From assembly GCA_002633005.1 (NCBI GenBank), contig NMRA01000471.1:182386-246385 (forward strand): DNA of 64,000 nt, written 5' to 3'. The notes below the pieces were generated by a model that was not told the origin of the DNA, did no database searches, and saw only the letters and a list, made by a program, of their open reading frames with translations. The stretch's first letter is position 1. Each line of letters opens with the position of its first letter. Of the stretch, positions 23,905 to 37,123 are shown one piece after another. The stretch comes from Phoronis australis (lineage: Eukaryota; Animalia; Phoronida). Both the position numbers and the translations under genes were made by a program.

Positions 23905-24039
23905 GCTAGCTTACATTTCCACAAGTTACAAGCCAACTGAAATGTATACATTATGATTTGCCTACAGCGAATTTCAATAATGAGCATTTCAGACAGGTCC
24001 AAAGAGTGTTTGTTGTAATGCAGACCTACTGCAGTACCA

Positions 24040-24500
24040 GCTCATACAAGGTGCCTGGCCACAGAGTGTAAAAGTCCCAACGAGGGAATCTGAAAGACGA
24101 GTGGGACTGCACGGAAACTCTCTGAGTGGTATCTCAAGTGTCAGACCCAATGTTATGGCTGAGTCAACGCGTGATTACCCACAAGATGTTGGGGGAAACT
24201 CCGAGTGTGCATTGACACTGGTGAACCGAACAAAGCCCTGATCAGAGAAAGGTACCTCATACCTGTTCCGCATGATCAAGTTCATGGACTCGAGAAGTCA
24301 AAGAATGTCAACTTGTCATCAAGTTACAGGAATATCTCTGCTGAATACTTTTCCAACCTCATTTGGCCAAAACCAACAGACTCGCTTGACCTTTGGGCTC
24401 AACATGTCCGCTGAAATATTCCAGTGCAGATTCATGCAGGCACTGGAAGGTCTCATTGGCCTCCCATGTATAGCAGGCAATGTCATCATTCATAGTCCTG
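24040..24500 (+). mobile_element. Ty3/Gypsy reverse transcriptase remnant
   Basis: GKLRVCID..NKALIRERYLIP; FGLNMSAEIFQ..ALEGLIG..CIAGNVII (decayed DD box). Confidence 0.75.
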
Positions 24501-24988
24501 AGGTAAGTGATGGAGGTGTGGTTAAGAAGATTGTTAGAGACTATGTTAAGGTCGTCAAACCACAGACTGAATGTCATTATGTACCATCAGAACATAAATT
24601 TATGTAACCTCATCTGGTGGTAAACAACAGGCAATTTCATGGTGTTACTTTAGCAGTAACATGTGAAATTGTATCAACACGTGGTAACAATCCAGTCTGA
24701 GTGAAATGGTCTTCATAGACTTGAGAACTACAAGTTGGCATAGTTTGTTATAACAGATGTAAACTACAAATAATGCAAAGCTGATCACAGCAATTTCAGA
24801 ACTAAAGTATGAGTTGTGTTTAGTTTTCTAAGATGAGGATATTAAACTGCCTATAAATTATTGTACAAGAAAGTGGCACAGACATATGACAAGCGTAGTA
24901 TCTACTCCTTTAAAAATGTTGCAAAGCTTTGCTGGCTAAGGTTAACAATAAACGCAAAAATTATACAAAATTATGTTTCCTTGGACCA

Positions 24989-25114
24989 TTACCCTTCACA
25001 ATGGATCATACTGAGGTCATTACCCTCCACAATGGGTCATATTGAGGTCATTACCCTCCACAATGGGTCATACTGAGGTCATTACCCTCCACAATGGGTC
25101 ATACTGAGGTCATT
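24989..25114. repeat. 31-bp tandem repeat, 4 copies
   Basis: ttaccctccacaatgggtcatactgaggtca. Confidence 0.9.
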
Positions 25115-25657
25115 ACGACAAGTCATCCCAGTTACTCTGATGATGATTTCAAATTTCACTGAGTTGGCAAGGGAGAAAATTTGGGATAATTTTGACAGAT
25201 TATTTTCCGTGTGTTTTACAGCAAATTGTCACAACTTGCTAAAAGATGTTGCATGTGACAACTGCGTAGCTCATTCTGTCCCACTATTAAACAATTCAGG
25301 TGAATTAAAAAAAACAACACAATACAGAGGACAGAGTACAGTAAAATGCACAAAACCATGACGATGGTTCATTGACTATGTAATGCATCGTTAACTTGTC
25401 GGTTAATGAGGCATTCAACTGAATCAGTTTTGGGCATTTCCAATGTGCATTTTGGAAATGCCAATAACCTAATACCAGGACAATACAAGAACAAAATATG
25501 AAAAAATGTGGAGATGATAAAACGCATGTATGTGAAACACACGTGTTATGACAAAATAAGGCTAGAACAGCAGGCTTTACACATAACCCCAACACACACA
25601 CTGATTTGAGGCTCAAAAAGGACATTATCAGATAAGATTTTAAATGCTCTCTAGGTG

Positions 25658-25783
25658 TCACCTCTGTGCCTTGCATTCTGTGACTTGCTCAGTAGACATA
25701 CACTTTCCAGTTTCTACTGTTTTATTTTTAGACTCTTTGAATTTGGCTAATGCATCTGAACAGTTGACAGCTAGGTCAATTTT
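25658..25783 (-). CDS. PIGA: Probable terminal coding exon of PIGA
   Basis: Polypyrimidine acceptor ttgtttttcag, then KIDLAVNCSDALAKFKES..KAQR*; IDLAV resembles the IDVAID motif after the PIGA TM helix; correct strand and position. Confidence 0.5.
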   Translation of the reverse strand, partial: KIDLAVNCSDALAKFKESKNKTVETGKCMSTEQVTECKAQR

Positions 25784-26460
25784 CTGAAAAACAAACAACA
25801 AAAAACATGTTAAAAAATCTTAATATCTAGCTTTATTGAATATATTTAGCCTCACAAATGAGTCAGCCTCCACAAAAGCAACTTAAGGTTATTTCAAACC
25901 TTATTTAGTGGCCTCTGTTCTAACTCGTATATCAAAAAAACTAAGCTTTGTCAACTAGTAAAAGTATATATTTTCTGAAAGAGCAATATCAGGAAATATA
26001 AATATACTTTTTGTATTTATTTGTCATTATTATTTTTACGTAAAAACCTTTTTTAAGTAAAAATTCCATTTTCAAGAAAGGTACATTCATAGCAAAATAA
26101 CCCCTCGGTCAATTTTAACGAAACCTTTTTTAAATGAAAACTTCATCAATTACCTCAAAAACGCTGTTAGGAATTTTCGATAAGTTTGTTTGTTTGGTTT
26201 CTATGACAAATAAACTCGCAAACCGTAAGGTATTTTTGTAAAAAATTGAAGTCGTATTCGTTTTTGCCACATTACACAAAAACTAAGCTTTTATATCAAA
26301 AGTCCTAACAGCGTTTTTGAGATTGGTGACTAAATATTAAGTCTGGAAAGTTTCAGCGAAATCCATCGAGCCATTTTCGAGAACTCGTGTTCCTAAGTTC
26401 AAATAAAGTCGATTTGCCGAAGCCGAGAAAAAGCCGATTAAACTGGGACACGTGAAAATC

Positions 26461-29400
26461 TNAATACGAGCCTACTCTAAGCTTAATACGAGCCTACTCT
26501 AAGCTTAATACGAGCCTACTCTAAGCTTAATACGAGCCTACTCTAAGCTTAATACGAGCCTACTCTAAGCTTAATACGAGCCTACTCTAAGCTTAATACG
26601 AGCCTACTCTAAGCTTAATACGAGCCTACTCTAAGCTTAATACGAGCCTACTCTAAGCTTAATACGAGCCTACTCTAAGCTTAATACGAGCCTACTCTAA
26701 GCTTAATACGAGCCTACTCTAAGCTTAATACGAGCCTACTCTAAGCTTAATACGAGCCTACTCTAAGCTTAATACGAGCCTACTCTAAGCTTAATACGAG
26801 CCTACTCTAAGCTTAATACGAGCCTACTCTAAGCTTAATACGAGCCTACTCTAAGCTTAATACGAGCCTACTCTAAGCTTAATACGAGCCTACTCTAAGC
26901 TTAATACGAGCCTACTCTAAGCTTAATACGAGCCTACTCTAAGCTTAATACGAGCCTACTCTAAGCTTAATACGAGCCTACTCTAAGCTTAATACGAGCC
27001 TACTCTAAGCTTAATACGAGCCTACTCTAAGCTTAATACGAGCCTACTCTAAGCTTAATACGAGCCTACTCTAAGCTTAATACGAGCCTACTCTAAGCTT
27101 AATACGAGCCTACTCTAAGCTTAATACGAGCCTACTCTAAGCTTAATACGAGCCTACTCTAAGCTTAATACGAGCCTACTCTAAGCTTAATACGAGCCTA
27201 CTCTAAGCTTAATACGAGCCTACTCTAAGCTTAATACGAGCCTACTCTAAGCTTAATACGAGCCTACTCTAAGCTTAATACGAGCCTACTCTAAGCTTAA
27301 TACGAGCCTACTCTAAGCTTAATACGAGCCTACTCTAAGCTTAATACGAGCCTACTCTAAGCTTAATACGAGCCTACTCTAAGCTTAATACGAGCCTACT
27401 CTAAGCTTAATACGAGCCTACTCTAAGCTTAATACGAGCCTACTCTAAGCTTAATACGAGCCTACTCTAAGCTTAATACGAGCCTACTCTAAGCTTAATA
27501 CGAGCCTACTCTAAGCTTAATACGAGCCTACTCTAAGCTTAATACGAGCCTACTCTAAGCTTAATACGAGCCTACTCTAAGCTTAATACGAGCCTACTCT
27601 AAGCTTAATACGAGCCTACTCTAAGCTTAATACGAGCCTACTCTAAGCTTAATACGAGCCTACTCTAAGCTTAATACGAGCCTACTCTAAGCTTAATACG
27701 AGCCTACTCTAAGCTTAATACGAGCCTACTCTAAGCTTAATACGAGCCTACTCTAAGCTTAATACGAGCCTACTCTAAGCTTAATACGAGCCTACTCTAA
27801 GCTTAATACGAGCCTACTCTAAGCTTAATACGAGCCTACTCTAAGCTTAATACGAGCCTACTCTAAGCTTAATACGAGCCTACTCTAAGCTTAATACGAG
27901 CCTACTCTAAGCTTAATACGAGCCTACTCTAAGCTTAATACGAGCCTACTCTAAGCTTAATACGAGCCTACTCTAAGCTTAATACGAGCCTACTCTAAGC
28001 TTAATACGAGCCTACTCTAAGCTTAATACGAGCCTACTCTAAGCTTAATACGAGCCTACTCTAAGCTTAATACGAGCCTACTCTAAGCTTAATACGAGCC
28101 TACTCTAAGCTTAATACGAGCCTACTCTAAGCTTAATACGAGCCTACTCTAAGCTTAATACGAGCCTACTCTAAGCTTAATACGAGCCTACTCTAAGCTT
28201 AATACGAGCCTACTCTAAGCTTAATACGAGCCTACTCTAAGCTTAATACGAGCCTACTCTAAGCTTAATACGAGCCTACTCTAAGCTTAATACGAGCCTA
28301 CTCTAAGCTTAATACGAGCCTACTCTAAGCTTAATACGAGCCTACTCTAAGCTTAATACGAGCCTACTCTAAGCTTAATACGAGCCTACTCTAAGCTTAA
28401 TACGAGCCTACTCTAAGCTTAATACGAGCCTACTCTAAGCTTAATACGAGCCTACTCTAAGCTTAATACGAGCCTACTCTAAGCTTAATACGAGCCTACT
28501 CTAAGCTTAATACGAGCCTACTCTAAGCTTAATACGAGCCTACTCTAAGCTTAATACGAGCCTACTCTAAGCTTAATACGAGCCTACTCTAAGCTTAATA
28601 CGAGCCTACTCTAAGCTTAATACGAGCCTACTCTAAGCTTAATACGAGCCTACTCTAAGCTTAATACGAGCCTACTCTAAGCTTAATACGAGCCTACTCT
28701 AAGCTTAATACGAGCCTACTCTAAGCTTAATACGAGCCTACTCTAAGCTTAATACGAGCCTACTCTAAGCTTAATACGAGCCTACTCTAAGCTTAATACG
28801 AGCCTACTCTAAGCTTAATACGAGCCTACTCTAAGCTTAATACGAGCCTACTCTAAGCTTAATACGAGCCTACTCTAAGCTTAATACGAGCCTACTCTAA
28901 GCTTAATACGAGCCTACTCTAAGCTTAATACGAGCCTACTCTAAGCTTAATACGAGCCTACTCTAAGCTTAATACGAGCCTACTCTAAGCTTAATACGAG
29001 CCTACTCTAAGCTTAATACGAGCCTACTCTAAGCTTAATACGAGCCTACTCTAAGCTTAATACGAGCCTACTCTAAGCTTAATACGAGCCTACTCTAAGC
29101 TTAATACGAGCCTACTCTAAGCTTAATACGAGCCTACTCTAAGCTTAATACGAGCCTACTCTAAGCTTAATACGAGCCTACTCTAAGCTTAATACGAGCC
29201 TACTCTAAGCTTAATACGAGCCTACTCTAAGCTTAATACGAGCCTACTCTAAGCTTAATACGAGCCTACTCTAAGCTTAATACGAGCCTACTCTAAGCTT
29301 AATACGAGCCTACTCTAAGCTTAATACGAGCCTACTCTAAGCTTAATACGAGCCTACTCTAAGCTTAATACGAGCCTACTCTAAGCTTAATACGAGCCTA

Positions 29401-31298
29401 CTCTAAGCTTAATACGAGCCTACTCTAAGCTTAATACGAGCCTACTCTAAGCTTAATACGAGCCTACTCTAAGCTTAATACGAGCCTACTCTAAGCTTAA
29501 TACGAGCCTACTCTAAGCTTAATACGAGCCTACTCTAAGCTTAATACGAGCCTACTCTAAGCTTAATACGAGCCTACTCTAAGCTTAATACGAGCCTACT
29601 CTAAGCTTAATACGAGCCTACTCTAAGCTTAATACGAGCCTACTCTAAGCTTAATACGAGCCTACTCTAAGCTTAATACGAGCCTACTCTAAGCTTAATA
29701 CGAGCCTACTCTAAGCTTAATACGAGCCTACTCTAAGCTTAATACGAGCCTACTCTAAGCTTAATACGAGCCTACTCTAAGCTTAATACGAGCCTACTCT
29801 AAGCTTAATACGAGCCTACTCTAAGCTTAATACGAGCCTACTCTAAGCTTAATACGAGCCTACTCTAAGCTTAATACGAGCCTACTCTAAGCTTAATACG
29901 AGCCTACTCTAAGCTTAATACGAGCCTACTCTAAGCTTAATACGAGCCTACTCTAAGCTTAATACGAGCCTACTCTAAGCTTAATACGAGCCTACTCTAA
30001 GCTTAATACGAGCCTACTCTAAGCTTAATACGAGCCTACTCTAAGCTTAATACGAGCCTACTCTAAGCTTAATACGAGCCTACTCTAAGCTTAATACGAG
30101 CCTACTCTAAGCTTAATACGAGCCTACTCTAAGCTTAATACGAGCCTACTCTAAGCTTAATACGAGCCTACTCTAAGCTTAATACGAGCCTACTCTAAGC
30201 TTAATACGAGCCTACTCTAAGCTTAATACGAGCCTACTCTAAGCTTAATACGAGCCTACTCTAAGCTTAATACGAGCCTACTCTAAGCTTAATACGAGCC
30301 TACTCTAAGCTTAATACGAGCCTACTCTAAGCTTAATACGAGCCTACTCTAAGCTTAATACGAGCCTACTCTAAGCTTAATACGAGCCTACTCTAAGCTT
30401 AATACGAGCCTACTCTAAGCTTAATACGAGCCTACTCTAAGCTTAATACGAGCCTACTCTAAGCTTAATACGAGCCTACTCTAAGCTTAATACGAGCCTA
30501 CTCTAAGCTTAATACGAGCCTACTCTAAGCTTAATACGAGCCTACTCTAAGCTTAATACGAGCCTACTCTAAGCTTAATACGAGCCTACTCTAAGCTTAA
30601 TACGAGCCTACTCTAAGCTTAATACGAGCCTACTCTAAGCTTAATACGAGCCTACTCTAAGCTTAATACGAGCCTACTCTAAGCTTAATACGAGCCTACT
30701 CTAAGCTTAATACGAGCCTACTCTAAGCTTAATACGAGCCTACTCTAAGCTTAATACGAGCCTACTCTAAGCTTAATACGAGCCTACTCTAAGCTTAATA
30801 CGAGCCTACTCTAAGCTTAATACGAGCCTACTCTAAGCTTAATACGAGCCTACTCTAAGCTTAATACGAGCCTACTCTAAGCTTAATACGAGCCTACTCT
30901 AAGCTTAATACGAGCCTACTCTAAGCTTAATACGAGCCTACTCTAAGCTTAATACGAGCCTACTCTAAGCTTAATACGAGCCTACTCTAAGCTTAATACG
31001 AGCCTACTCTAAGCTTAATACGAGCCTACTCTAAGCTTAATACGAGCCTACTCTAAGCTTAATACGAGCCTACTCTAAGCTTAATACGAGCCTACTCTAA
31101 GCTTAATACGAGCCTACTCTAAGCTTAATACGAGCCTACTCTAAGCTTAATACGAGCCTACTCTAAGCTTAATACGAGCCTACTCTAAGCTTAATACGAG
31201 GCTACTCTAAGCTCAATACAAGGCTACTCTAAGCTTAATACAAGGCTACTCTAAGCTCAATACAAGGCTACTCTATGCTCAATACGAGGCTACTCTAA
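26461..31298. repeat. 22-bp satellite, ~215 apparently perfect copies plus ~4 degenerate copies at the right end
   Basis: Unit TTAATACGAGCCTACTCTAAGC; begins at the N at 26462; variants appear only after ~31200. Confidence 0.99.
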
Positions 31299-31604
31299 AT
31301 CAAAGAAATCTCAATCAAAAAGGCCATCCTTTATAAACTGACTAATTCTACAGAAGATGCCTTTTTTCAACATAACCAAACGATTTGGCAGAACACATCA
31401 GATGTAATACTGTTGTTAGATTGCCAAAGACAGAGTGCTTTCACACTTACAGTCACAGTTTCTGTAAGCTAAAAAACTTGTTGAGTACTCAGACAACAAA
31501 AAATAAACAAATTTTCAGTAAGTAGAGGGGAGAACTAAATTTACATAACAACAGAGATGATGCCAGTAAAAGAAATTTACATCACACATGATTGAAGAAC
31601 CAAC

Positions 31605-34600
31605 CTATAAGGAAGCAGACATCAGCATGGTTGAGACATATTTCAGGTATGATGCCCGCCAGCAGATCCAGACCCTTTCTGTAGACAAGTCTACTCATCA
31701 CTACAATTGTTACTAGAAAGAGACAGTATTAACTGTTGGTAAAGGTGCTCCAGATAACAAGTTTCACATTTAAATTCAAAGAACTTAAACAGCAACACGA
31801 AGCATGCATAGCAAGAGAAGAGCATTTCCCAGAATGCTCGGCTATGTTGACACAAGGTCATGGCAATGCATTATACAACAGCTCAAAAAGAATTCGATTG
31901 CAAAAAAGGAAGGAAATGCCGTAAGTCAAAAATTTGGTTTGGACAATGTTGGCAAAAATAAACTTGAAATTTAACACTGAAATGACGAAACAGTTACAAT
32001 TCTGATGAAAACATCTGAAAGTTGAACTTTACGTATAAATCAAAATTCCAATTAGGCAAGTAGACCTTGGAGATGAGTCCAGGCCGCGGCACCAGTAAGG
32101 TGAAAACACACCAAAAGAACATACAAGGCAACAGTAACGAGACAAATACCATTTCTGCATCATGACTAATTCAGCTAACAACATTAATGACTGTAATAAC
32201 TACTATGGTGACACATTCTAATAACAGAATGGCTTTGTCACTTCACAAACATTCCTCTTAATTCACTTTAATTCACTGTCATGAGGCAATGTTACTCCGA
32301 TGATGAATAAGGCTTCTGTCCAGTTGTCATGATGGGGAATTCTGGGACATTTTGCCCTGAATACTTTTGGCGAGTACTAAGTAAACATTACACGTCAGAC
32401 AAAAATGAGTTATCTATTACATACAACTTGAATTATAAGAACACAAAGACTGTTATCTGTAAGTTAACAATACAATAAAGGACAACTATAGAATTCCATT
32501 ATGAATTGTCCCTCACTTGAGGCTTACTTTTGTCTGAGTCACGTTGGCTTGGATCTGGTGTGAACATAGTGCAATCAATTGCATTTGGAATGACAGACAC
32601 CAACTGTGGATGAATGGACGCACGTAGCACCGTATTTTCTTTACTGTAATGTAATCAATGTAAAAATTATACTACAGTATTGGGTTTAAAACATGAAATA
32701 CAAGAATTAGAAAATCCCCAGTTTTAAAAAATTGAAACAAATCATGTACACAGCCTCAAATCCAGTCTCGGACGTAATCAATGAATTTTCCAATCAGTAG
32801 TAAAATCCTGTGAAAATAAAGACACTATCTGTTTCAGAGTCTTCCTAAATGTATACCAGAGAAACCACAGAATTAGACGTAGTTGCAGGTGACTTCAAAG
32901 AGCCGTCACATGTTCAGATGGTAACACATTGACTGTTAATGATAGCATTTTTATTTAAACTAATTCACTAGGCATATTTTGAAGTTTTGTTGTCTGTTTT
33001 AAATGTTTGGACTGAGTCTAATATATGCACTCAGAGTTCACTTAGACTGCATTTTTTACCTATCATCAGCATGATTCAAGAGCAAATTTTTAAGTTTACT
33101 CAAAGCTTGAGGTCTAATTGTTCGATTTTCCAGTTGAGTGGCAAGTAAAGAGATCATACTGCAGAACCTAGCATTGAAATTAACAATAACAAACAAAATA
33201 TCGATATCAGAACTTTATCATGGTTAAACTGAAACTTTCATAAGGGCACTACTGTACCTTGTATGAGACACACAAATGGCATGATTAGCGCCAGCTAGTG
33301 AGAACATCAGGAACTTGTTAGTAATGATAGAGCTGGCATCAGCAAAGCCAAATAGAGAATGATCGGTAAAGACAGCTGGGATACCCATGGTTCTGGCATG
33401 GAACATGGCCTCATGGGCCAGAGTGGAGAAGGCCTGAAATGTATGATGAGATTACAAGTGTGAACAGTTGAGGAACACCATTTAAGGTATTTTCTAGAAA
33501 ATAACATTGACCTCACACTGCATGTTGTTATTTTTGACCAATACATTAGATGTCACGCACCAATGAAAGCTTAATATCCACTACATAAGTTTTAAAAAAT
33601 TATGCAACTCAACCCTGGTGTGTGTTAACAACACTCACGGGTCAATGTGGAATATTTGGTGAGACAGACGACATGGCAATTTGACAGCCATCAGTTTGTG
33701 TCCACAAGACTTATCAGTAACTTGCCATAAATTGAATGAACACGTGTGTGTAATAACAATGGAGAAATATACGAATGTGAACGCACTGTCAAGAATGTAG
33801 GTGATAGCAACTTGCTCCATGTCACCACTTCTGTACGCAGAGAATAATACACACACTTGACAAGATGGATTAAACAGCAAGTTGTAGTGTAAAGTATATC
33901 CCAAGTGTTAATGAACATTGCCCAGCTTGTTAGAGTGTTAGAGGTAAGAGGCCGATTTTGTTATTTCATGTTTAGGTTACATACAGAATGTCCGTGTATA
34001 ATGGTGACTTGTTCCCGTAGACATATGTTCCTGATGATGGGCAGTGTAGTGAACAATGTAGGAAACACACACTGGTTGTAGAAGGGCTGGATAGGAAGGT
34101 AATATACCTGCAGAAAACAAATATCAAATTACAAATGATACCAAATGCCAATGCTTGTACCTTCCAACTTTTCATCAAAAAAGACTATGATGTCATTCTT
34201 CCGCAATTAGAAAAAAAAATAATTTGGGAAAATTTCATTACTTACTAGCTACAAATAGTCATACTTATAACAAATGTTGTATACGACAACTTTAAAGTAC
34301 CAAAATAGTAAAACTTTCTTTGTTGTAATATTTGTTTTTAATTAAAAAAAATATGCCAGTTTTATCAAAAGGCACAAGGGATACATTGTTTGTGCACAAT
34401 GCTCAGAATAGAACCCCCCCCCCCCCNGCCAGTTTTATCAAAGGGCACAAGGAATACATTGTTTGTGCACAATGTTCAGAATAGCCCCCCCCCCCCATAG
34501 ATGGTCTCAATAAAGCCACAAGTTTCATTATATCCCAATAACACAGTGGTATATCAGGCAGGTAATTCCACCTGTACTCAGCCAACAAGAATTTCTGGCT

Positions 34601-35987
34601 GACTACAACTAATCAATTTTGTCATGTCCCATATATACTCTATCACCAACTGCAAAGACCAAATTCTTACCTTTAGCCCATTACTCAGGTAACGTACACC
34701 TGACCGTTTCCCAAAAGCATGAGTGACCACGATCACTTTATGTCCCCTTGCAATCAAACAATGAGACAGTTGATATATGTGACTTTCAACACCACCAATG
34801 TTGGGATAGAAAAAGTCGGATACCATGCTGAAATAGAAAAATTTGACATGCACCAAAACAGAATTTGACGATGAAAATTTATAAGTTACACATCATATCG
34901 CAACAGCTTACAGTAGAAATTCTTTAGTTTACGATACACTACCGGAAACGGCAGACTATTGGAATTTCATTTTGTAAGGTATCTCAGCAATACGAAATTA
35001 ACCAAAGACTTGCCGCCTTGTTGGGTGGTATTTTTGTCATTAACAGGTTTCGACCTAGCCTTGGTACAAAGCTGTATATATATAAATATACAGCTTTGCA
35101 CCGATGTGGGTAAAAAAGTGGCAAGATAAAATCTGACACAAAATTGGTGTCATTAAAAACTACAGTCTTCCTTGAGTAAACTAAATTATTTAACGGTGTT
35201 GGCAAAAATGGCATTCTACCGTTATTCTTCTGCTAAAGTTGTGGAGCGATCTTTAGCGACAGCTTTCGGCGCCGTGAAATATTGCGTCACCTATTGGCCA
35301 GTTTCTTTTTTCGCCGATTCTTCAATCAACTGTTGTTCTTTCACGAGCTTGCGTACACGTCACAACAAATTATCAGAACTGGTTTCACTTCATTATAAGT
35401 TTTTAGAATTTTGATACCGAAAAATCGAATTTCAGAAGAAATTTTGCTGCTGCCAAGCTATCATCATCACCCGAGAGATGTCGCAAAAATTTAGGAAATA
35501 GCGTGTGCGCGTGACACGAGCGTACTGTTTTCAAAACGACGAAATACTTTTCATTGTTAGAAAAGGCGGAGAGCTACACAAGAAAATGACGTTTATTGCA
35601 TTGTTTTTCACTTAAACAGCTGTAACGGGAAAGGTGAGTGTCGGTGGACTCCTAGATTTTGCATGCACACCGCCTGGTTTTAGCTTTACATGTTGATACA
35701 AGTTTCACGGCGCGGTGACGAGCAGAACTACCCAGGCTGTGTGCAATTTCGCGGTCTACGGAAGAAATACACACAGTGGGACCTAGCTGTATTTTTTTTG
35801 ACGACCAGCTAGCTGGCTGGCTAGTTTCGACCAAGTTCACGCACAGCATCCCTGCCAGCCACGCCCCTTATTCCACCGAATTAACTTTACCACAAAGTGT
35901 AAAGGATGTTAGATCCACCCCATGAAATGAAGAACTTAACAACATAAAGGTAAATTCATACCATACGCTGTGAAAGCCTTGCGTCAT
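31605..35987 (-). CDS. PIGA: PIGA, GPI N-acetylglucosaminyltransferase subunit A, coding exons 1-6 (N-terminal part)
   Basis: Phase-consistent GT/AG exons 35987-35962 (MTQGFHSV-C), 34827-34671 ([23 protein letters not shown]), 34107-33985 (VYYLP..HGHS), 33433-33258 ([28 protein letters not shown]), 32643-32528 ([13 protein letters not shown]), 31712-31605 ([23 protein letters not shown]); these are diagnostic PIG-A motifs. Next exons (GEGPK onward) not found. Confidence 0.95.
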
Positions 35988-37123
35988 TTTCACCGCACAT
36001 TCATTGCCGCCTGACTTTCACATTTTACTGCTCTCTAAAAAGAAGAAACTAAAGTTGTGGCAACGCGCCCTCTTTGAGTGATAGTTGACGGCATGAATGG
36101 TGATCTGGTGGCTTTACAGTGCTTTGGCCTTGTAAGTGGTGAGATGGAGTGTCTGAGGTGGAAAGATGAATTTAAAAAAACTTGCTGCTTGGTTCTTCGT
36201 TTTGTGCTATCGTCAGTTGTTCTCGTGTATGTCTGTCTTTGTTTGTTCTTTGTTGTATTCGTACATAAAATATGTCACCCGTCTGTCCTGCCACCTGTCG
36301 GCGTGGCTGGCATTACTTACTTGGATATGTTGTAGGCTAGAAATGTCTCGATTTTTGCCAAGATTCTTGGCGGTGGGTAGTATTGGCAACACTGCTCACT
36401 TTAATAACAGACGTCCATCACTGTTCAGGTCCGGTGTTGAAGTGACTATAGCACGACTTGGTCTCATCACCCCTGGTGGTCAGGCAGCAAGAGTCCAACC
36501 AGCGGCAACACTGAACACAATACACAAAGGAGCATTACATAACATAATACAGAGTACAGTACAGTGAAACAACTGGGCACTGGACAGGGATGAATGCTCA
36601 CATTCCCATGTGATTCATGACAGCGAATGACTGAAGTGAATGCAGAAACAAGATCTTGCTGGCCTTTTTTGGTCAGAGGGGTTCTGAAGGCAACTAGGGG
36701 ACTCTACTCAGCTGAAAAAAAAACTGGCATCCACATGCCATTAATCAGAGCTGTCTGAAGAGTCTGACCTTTGGATTTAGAAATTATTTTTTCCATGTTC
36801 ATGGCATTCTAGATCCATTTTAAAGGAGTCACAAATGGTTACTTACTCACTTAAATGCTGAACAGGACATCCTTACAGCTATGGTTTCTAAATTTGAGTC
36901 ACGGTGACCATTTGAAGTAATGTTTCGTAGTTTACGATTTTGAGAGCCAGTGGCACTGGTCTTTGCCTGGTTCTCAAAGTCATCTGCCACCAAAAGTGAC
37001 TGTATTGCTTACCAAGATATACTTTGTACAATACCTGCAGTCCTTGATTCACTGATATCCATGTCCAACTTGTTGTTTTAGTGTCAATCTTGAGTTGATC
37101 TGTCAGACTCTCCAAGACATACA

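Noticed and set aside
26461-31298. CRISPR array or telomere
   Set aside because: No spacers, eukaryotic context, and the unit is not a G-rich telomeric motif.
31660-31690. Apparent frameshift in PIGA exon 6
   Set aside because: Recount gives TAC AGA AAG GGT CTG GAT, which is in frame.
34350-34500. Tandem duplication with poly-C runs
   Set aside because: Straddles the N at 34427; probably a contig-overlap artefact.
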